A stretch of 64,000 nucleotides of DNA from Phoronis australis (lineage: Eukaryota > Animalia > Phoronida): assembly GCA_002633005.1 (NCBI GenBank), contig NMRA01000326.1, positions 62,001 to 126,000 on the forward strand, written 5' to 3'. Positions 50,001-59,000 of the stretch are shown piece after piece. The notes under the pieces are model-generated. The model worked only from the letters and a program-made list of their open reading frames with translations. It made no database searches and had not been told where the DNA came from. A program made the position numbers and the translations under genes. How positions within the stretch are numbered: the first letter of the stretch is position 1; each line of letters starts with the position of its first letter.

Positions 50001-53000
50001 AGATTGAAAGAATATTAAAAAATGAATCCATGTGATATTGTTAACTCTGATTAGCGCTTGTATATCCACCGAGTACATCATTACGCGCTGTAGTTTATCT
50101 TCAATCGTACCCAATGGTTGTAGTTTTTAGATTTATTAGTTCATCGATTTTAAAAAATCAAAAACCGTACTTGGTTGTTTTGTTTTTTCAGCTGAATACC
50201 GCCGTGGTGTTCGTTTATAAAGAAAATTAGCGGTTAATGCATTTTGAAAATTCGCCATTATGCACAGTCAGAGATGTTTTTAAACATCTCTGACTGTGCA
50301 AAATACGGTTTACGATCGGATGATTACATTTAATTGGGTCTTTTGCTTGCATTGGGCAATGCGGTCATCACAACCGTACCCGATTTCGGCGCCCACTCAA
50401 AAGGACGAGCGGTGAAATTTCCTGCATATCTTAAGAAATGCATGACTTCCTTGTAAGTGTATTATTCACGGTATGCTCTACAGATAGTCACTGTTATTCT
50501 TCAACAACATTTCTGAACTTATAATGAGACTTTAGTAAACTGGGACTGTTCATACTTTAAATTTTGCAGAAGTGTGTGACGTCCATCAGCAGAGACCTGT
50601 AGGAAGTCAGAACTACTGTCCGTAACTGTAGCGAATATATGACGCAATGAAATGAAAACAGTTGAAATAGATGGATTGCCTGGTTTACGTCCTTTATGAG
50701 TTCACGCTGTCCCAATATTTTTGTTTTTCTTTTCAGGTCAGCACTAGTCGATTCTTCTAAAAGTTGTGATCTGCTGATGAGCCTATTGTATCAACATGCG
50801 CAACAACGGTCGTGGCAGGGGGGAGCACCTAGACGACAGCCGTAGAATTAGTGGCACAAAATCAACNGGGGGGGGGGGGGCATGGGGCGAAAATTAGTAA
50901 TGACTGCGGGAGTGCTGCGCGAAATTGGTGACGACCGTGGACGGCGTTGAACTGGTGACGATCAGAAGACACGGCTCTGTGGCTCTGTTATCTTCCACCC
51001 AGATTATCAGAAAATGTTGACGATTATCAGTTTCATTTCCTCCACAAACAGATTTCACAAGAGTTTTCACTGTCAGCAGTTTAGCCTGTGGTTAAAAACG
51101 TAAGCAAACCCAGATGTGTTAGGTCATGTCAGTTGCATGAAGACGCGCCAGTGTATCACTGAGTTGACATTGGGCGTTTCAAAGGCTGTGGATGAGAAAG
51201 GTTTTAATTGTAAAAACGGCTGGGTGAATTTGATGTTGGTAGCATTTGAAATTGCATTCACTTTCTAGACCACGCCTTTCTATATACAATATGTTAGTTA
51301 ATCGTGCTCTTCAGCCGCGCAGCACTGTACGAGTCAACACATTCCCATCGTTTACAGTAGACCTAAACATGTAGAACGACAGTGGTCCCAAGTCCGATGC
51401 GCTTCTTCAACAATTCAGATGACTACCAGAGTGACGAATGGGGATCACGAGAGGATGAGAAACTAGTCATTTTACTATCATGATTATCTTTGCAATCTAT
51501 TTTGGATAATTGTTCACTCGACGTTTTCATGCTGAAACTGAGCTTTCAGTTAATATGGAAATAAAGGTGTCAGAGTTAACTTATGTTTTGGTTTGTAACT
51601 AGCAGACGCATGGATGCCTTTAACAAATATAAATAACAAGAGCAACGCAGAGCGTTGAAATGCGCCCACAATTGCACCACATACGGTATCCTTCTAGGGT
51701 TGTTTATTGGTACCATAAAGTGGCCAGTAGANATGGGGCAAAAATTAGTAATGACTGAGGGAGAGCTGCACGAAATTGGTGACGACCGTGGACGGCGTTT
51801 AACAGGTGACGATCAGAAGAAACGGCTCTGTTATCTTCCACCCAGATTATCAGAAAATGTTAACGATTATCAGTTTCATTTCATCCACAAACACATTTCA
51901 CAAGAGTTTTCACTGTCAGCATTAAGCCTGTGGTTAAAAACGTAACTGAACCCAGATGTGTTAGGTCACCTCAGTTGCATGAAGACACGCCAGTGTATCA
52001 CTGAGTTGACATTGGGTGTTTCAAAGGCTGTGGATGGGAAAGGTTTTAATTGTAAAAACGGTTGGGTGAATTTGAAGTTGGTAGCATTTGAAATTGCATT
52101 CACTTTCTAGACCACGCCTTTCTATATACAATATTTTAGTTAATCGTGGTGCTCTTCAGCCGCGCAGCACTGTACGAGTCAACACATTCCCATCGTTTGC
52201 AGTAGACCTAAACATGTAGAACGACAGAGGTCCCAAGTCCGATGCGCTTCTTCAACAATTCAGGTGACTACCAGAGTGACGAATGGGGATCACGAGAGGA
52301 TGAGAAACTACTCATTTTACTATCATGATTATCTTTGCAATCTACTTTGGATAATTGATCATTCGACGTGTTCATGTTGAAACTAAGCTTTCAGTTAATA
52401 TGGAAATAAAGGTGTCAGAGTTAACTTTTGTTTTGGTTTGCAACTGGCAGACAATGCATGGATACGTTTAACAAATATATACCCTGTTCTCGTCATTGTT
52501 CATCAGTTTCTTCACTGCACTCGTTCCCATATCCATTATTGTTACGTTTCAACGCAAAAATTCGTTCAAATTGAGAAAGCACATGTTTTGATGGTCGGGA
52601 ACCCTCTTTGTGCGTCGAATATGCAAGTCCAAACCAAGTAAGAAATGGATTACAAAAATCAAATTGGTGGTTAAAGTATGTCGTTAGCATGAGATCGAAA
52701 CATCGAAATGTCAACTTATTAATTGAATTAAGGAATTAGGGCGAAGATTAATCCCTTCACAACTTTCTGTGTTCATGACCACAGAGGCCTGAGGCGACTC
52801 GTAGCATTCGTTTTCAACAACAACGGTCGTATGCATGTAGACGAACAACACTCTTAGGATCAAAACTACATTTTGTCTTTGTTTTCCGCGGCACCATTCT
52901 ATCATAAGTACACCTCGTCGGCTCAACGTTATGGCGAATTTGTGAATGAAAGGACTGAGGGTATATATACAAAGCTGTTCTGTATCTGGCGGGAGATTCG

Positions 53001-56000
53001 ATTTAATTGAAAGCCCTTTAACCTTTGACCTTGGATAAGTAGTAAACAAATATCCGTGCAGTCATGTGGTTCCAAGGTGGTTCTGCTTAATCGTTTTTCT
53101 CGTTATACGGTATATATTTGAAGTTCCCTGAGAATGAAGATAAGGTATTTTGCAAGACACAAGAGTAAAGTGAAATATTGTAAAAATGGCCCTTTTTTGT
53201 GAATACGGTTGGAGATATCCTTAAAAACCAATACCACACCATTCTTGTGTGTAATTGCTATGAGCCTCCATCCTATAACTCTAATGAAAGGAAGCACTAT
53301 ACATAACTTGTGTTTATCGCAGCAGTTTTCTGGTATTTTATCTAATTTTGATGTTCCCAAGTTGATAATGGCAACTTTAATGCCTACAACTCATCTTGGT
53401 TCAGTGCAGACATTGACAACCAAACAGTTATTGAGCTTTTTGATGTTTTATTGTCCAATCAAAGTATTCAACTTATTGACCAAGCAAAACATTATGACTG
53501 GCCAAGTCACGTATTAACCTAATGTATTACCCATGAATTGACTTCTCTTGCTTCTCATTTCGCTAATGTGGATTGGAACAAAACTTTTGATTTTTGATAC
53601 CAATGACATTGAATACATTGAGGCATCTCTGTTTTCTGTTATTTTCTTTGTGTTATTTCTCAATATTTTTCTTAATCTAAATAAGTTACCTCTGTCAATA
53701 GATATCTAAACCTAGATATTATGATTAATTTCCTGGGACACTTATTTGTATTTATTATTGCATTGTCTCATGCTTGTGTTGTAATAAAATAGAAAAACAT
53801 CGAGGAGTCTTTTATATCGGCAATGACAGCAACAGATTTAAATTAATTACATTTAAATCAAACCAATTTCACACCCTAAACGAGTATTCTTTAAATAAAA
53901 CATCATATTTGTCTTTTCAAGTTTTCTTTGACAGCGGGTAAAACACTTGTGATACAAAAACAACAGAACGTGATACACAGTTGATTAACTGTTTACACTG
54001 ACAATTACTGATATCTAATAAAGTACTTAAAAAGGGCTGATATCTAATTCTTAACAATAGTACAAGTCTTTTGGGGATAATAGCACCAATCAATCAATGA
54101 ATGAAGCGCCACTTGGGAATGAGATTGGTTTCACAGAAGATTAGCAAGCTTTATGGGGGTTTAATGACAAGAAGGGCAGTCATAGTGACGGGGAAACAGA
54201 GATTTCCGACAGACAGTTATGGACTGATGAAGAAGTCATGGACTGATGAAGAGTGTCATGTGACACAGGGAAATGCCAACAACAAATCAAAATGAGCCTT
54301 AACTTAACAGATCAACACTTATAAGTGCCCATGGCCTCACAGCACAAACAGTATGGTATCAGTGAATGCACGTTTTTTCAGGTGATAGGCAGCTAAATTG
54401 GCCAAACAGAAAATTTTACCTAGAATCAAATAAGCATAAGAAGTCAAGACTAGAGAAGTAAAATGAAAATAAAACGCGAATCATTATTCCCCAGTATACA
54501 ATAAAAATGAAAAACACTAGTCTAGCTTTCGAGGTTCTTAATATGAATCACGTGAAGCCAAAGCTACTTTACACATCACCAGCGTCCGTGCATACTCCAG
54601 TTCATTGTAGAAGATGCATCAGATTAAAACTAATAATAAAATGTACAGTCTGTAGTTCTCCAGTTATTGAAAGAAGGACTGTATCAATGTTCAATGATGT
54701 TACGGTGTGACAGCACCCAGTAGTATTGTTGGCGGTGGGGGAGGCAGGCGGAAAGTAAAGCACAGATATTGATCTGGGTGAGTACCTTATGTGTATGCAA
54801 CACACAGGAGGCCACATAAGGGGGGGGGGGTGCTGCACAACTCCCAGTAGTCCAATAATGGGCAGATCACATCCTTTCAGAGACAAACTGCCAGAACGGT
54901 CTCACAGAAATAAAATTTGAGATCAAATAAACTTTATTACTCAACAAGAGCAACGCGGAGTGTTAAAATGCGCTCACGAATGCACAGCTAACAGTGTGCT
55001 TCTAGGGGTGTTGGAACATAAAAATGGCCACTACATGGAGCAAAATATGTCGAATCCAACCAAAAACTTTTATGCGTCATTAAAGCTATTTACCAAATTT
55101 CATAAAAATCCGTCAAGGAACTTACGAAAAAACAGAGGGCAAACGAAAAAATGAAATTGCCACTAACAGCCTATAAACATAAAAAATAACTGCCCCTAAG
55201 AGGCGCCGAAGTAGATAAAGTCGACCGAAAATGATCGTCAGACTTCCTCTTCACATTAGGAACATACATGCCAATTTCCACAACCATCCTTAGAGTGGTT
55301 TGGTTGACAGAGGGGCAGACGCCAAATAACAAGACTCGAAAGCAGTAAAAATGGCCACTAGGTGGCGCAAAGTACCCCAAATCCATCTGAAAATGGAAAT
55401 ATGGCATCATCTCACTAATAAATGCCTAAGAACCAAATTTTATGAAAATCCGTTGCGGCCTTCCAAATCTACAAAGGTAAGCGAAAAAAATTTAAATTGC
55501 CACTAGGGGGCACACCAGTAGTCGGAGAGATCCGAAATTCGTTGTCATCTGTCGTCGGCTTCATGGGAACACATCTGCCAAATCTCTGAGGGGTTTCGGA
55601 GATACAGCCATGGAAGCAAAAACAAACAAAACTACCACTAGGAAGAGCTACAGTAGTTGAAGTCATAGGAAAATCATTGTCAGCCATCTTCTTCACAGTA
55701 AGAACATATATACCAATTTTCAAAATCATCCCTAGAGCAGTTTGGTTGATAGAACGGCGGACGTCAAAAAACTCGAAAACAGTAAAAATGGCCAATAGGT
55801 GGCGCAAAGTAACTCAAATCTGTATGAAAACTGAAGGATGGCATCATCTCATAAATAGATGCCTAACTGCCAAATTTCATGAAAATCCGCTGAGGACCTC
55901 TGAAGATAAAGAAGCGTAAAAAACTAAAATTGCCACTAGGGGGCACACCGGTAATCGGAGAGGTCCGAACTTCGTTGCTGTCCGTCGTCAGCTTCATAGG

Positions 56001-59000
56001 AACACATCTGCCAAATCTCATCAAAATTTCTGTGAGGGGTTTAGGAAATACAGCTGCGGACGCCACATGCCCGGTTACCGGACACCCAGACAGAGATGAC
56101 GGCACTCTGTGACCACACATAAATACGTGGGCGCATAAAAATCAATTGTACCTATTGTTTTAGCTCCACACTCTCTTTTACACCACATTAGTCAAAGTCA
56201 TTCAAAAATCAACAGGAGCCATGCAGTCCTCAGTAGGACCACAATGGCAAAACTTTGCAGACACAGAAAGAACTTGGTACAGAGAGAGTACTGATAGTAA
56301 TTTTTGGACAAATCCAACTACTGTGGTGCCCCCTAGAGGTAACTTTAGCTTTAATTGTGTCTGCCTCAATGTCTATTAATTTAAAAGTACATTGATGTTT
56401 TTATTAGTCTGAAGCAATCTCATTGTGGAGACTACGATTGCCGTAGACTTTTGGACAGATCTAGCAACTATGACGTCTCCTAGTAGAAATTTTATTTTTC
56501 TTTGCATCTGCCAAAACATCTACAAAGCTCTTTGATGTATCTCTATGACATTTGATAGACTGATGTGACTCTATCAGCAGGCATTTACTTTGGACAAATA
56601 CAGTTACTGTAGCAACTAAATATACATATTCAATAAGAGTAACAACTCCATCTCATCATGTTGTTTTACCAGCCACGTATCCATGGCAACATCTATGGCA
56701 ACACAGGGATATACAACTTCAGGGAATAAAATTGTCAACAAGCTGAAAATGTCAGCAACAACGCAGGTTAAAAAATACTTCATCAATGGTGGCAACTTTC
56801 CAAGAACATAGTAGGTAACCATGGAAAAAAGAAACGATGGAACTATGAATACCCTTGTCATTTCACTAATTATCAAAACTTACCAGCACTGCATAAATCA
56901 TAATGGTCCCAATGTTATCGAAAAACACACGGTCATGAAGACTGTAGGAAGCTTCCAGAATAATCCTGTAATAAAAACATTGGTCATCAATCAATAGATG
57001 GAACATAAATAATGAAACCAGAAATAGGTAGTGTTCAAAATCAGCAGTTGGAAACCGACTTTTGCCACAGGTACACCAAATTCTTGTCACACAAACAATT
57101 CCAAGCACACACAGGCAGCACGCATAATTCGTCATGCAACAAACATAGACACTGTGTTGTGCATTAAAAATTATCCGTAGTACGAGCACCCAAGAGTGGT
57201 TGGAGTTCAGGTTCAGTAGTAATGATTTAGTGCGTGCTAAGAGTTTTGTGGTGTGTGGCAAGAGTTGGTTTCCACACCCTCAACATGGCAGCAAAGTGGG
57301 TATTTTTAACATAAAAATACTTGGGAATAGAAATACGACAACAAAGTCATAAACATCACAAAAGTATTACTTTGTGAACTGCAGGAGGTTGTTGTTCAAT
57401 ACAACAAGGGTTTAGGAAGTGACCGCCTTGGCCATACAAATTTATTTTAGAGGGGATCGGCAGGACGGGCACAACTGAAAAAAGATAGGTAAAAATTAAG
57501 GTGTGGCTTAAAATGATAGCCGTTTTCTTGACTCTCTCGACACAGTCAGGTAAATTTGAAGTTTCTAGCTCAAAATTGATGTTTGCAATCAGTGACCTCT
57601 GACCTATAAAATATGAATGGATTGCTTTGAAAATCAATGCCTATACTCGGTATGTTGGCTTACATGTGTGCACCGAATTTGAAAAGCATATCTTTAACAA
57701 TGTAGGATTAACAGTTTCAAACGATGACTTTTAACAAATTGACCTACATTTTGGAATATTAAACAAGGGCAACGCAGAGCGTTGAAATGCGCCCACGAAT
57801 GCATCACAAACGGTGTGCTTTAGGGTTGTTTATTTGTGTCATAAAAATGGCCGCTAGATGGCGCAAAAAACGTAAAATTCATCTGAAAATGGGAACATGT
57901 CATAGCTTCTTTAATAGAAAGTTATTAACCAAATGTCACGAAACTTCAGAGAAACAAAGGAAAACAGAATAAAATGAAATTGCCACTAGGGGGCACAGTG
58001 TTCACTGGATCCGCCTGAAAGTAGTTATTGTCTGTTGTTAGCTTCATATAAATACACTTACTAAATTTAATAAAGATCCAGCTATGGGTTTAGGAGATAC
58101 AGCTGTGGATGCAAAACAAAACAAAACTACCATTGGAAACGCCACAGTAGCCAAAGTCGTCATCGTCAACCATCCTCTTCACACAGAGAACATAAACACC
58201 AATTTTCAAAACCATCCTTCGAATGATTTGGTTGATAGAGGGGTGGACGCCAAAAAACAGACTTGAAAACAGCAAAAATGGCCACTATGTGGCGCAAAAT
58301 ACCTCGATTCCATCCAAAAACGAGAGGATAGCGTCACCTCACCAATAGATGCCTGAATTCAAAATTTTATGAAAATCCATTGAGGACCCTTGAAGAAACA
58401 GAGGTAAACGTAAAATCTAAAATTGCCACCAGGGGGCACACCAGTAATCACAGCCATCCGAAAGTCATCGTTGTTCTGTATCAACATCACATAAATACAC
58501 TTGTTAAATTTAGTAAAGATCCTGCAGACAGTTTAGGAGATATAGCCATGGGCGCAAAAAAACGAAACTGCCACTAGGAGACGCCACAGTAGCTGAAGTG
58601 ATAAAAAAAATCATCGTCAGCCGTCCATTTCATAGTAAAACATACATGCCAATTGTCACAATTATCCTGAAAGCGATTTGGTTGACACAGGGGTGGATGC
58701 CAAAAAACAGACTCGAAAACGGTAACAAGAGGAACGCGGAGCGTTGAAATGCGCCCACGAATGCATTGCAAATGGTGTGCTTTTAAGGTTATTTATTTGT
58801 ATCATAAAAATGGAAACTAGATGGCGCAAATCTGTCAAGGAACTTCAGAGAAACAAAGGAAAACAGAATAAAATGAAATTGCCACTAGTGGGCACAGTGT
58901 TCGTTGGATCCACCTGAAAGTGGCCGTCCTCTGTTGTTATCTTCATATAAATACACTTACTATATTTAGTAAAGATCCTGCAGTGGGTTTAAGAGATACA

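Noticed and set aside
50868-50890. Poly-G run as a G-quadruplex
   Set aside because: It abuts an N gap; its length and reality are unreliable.
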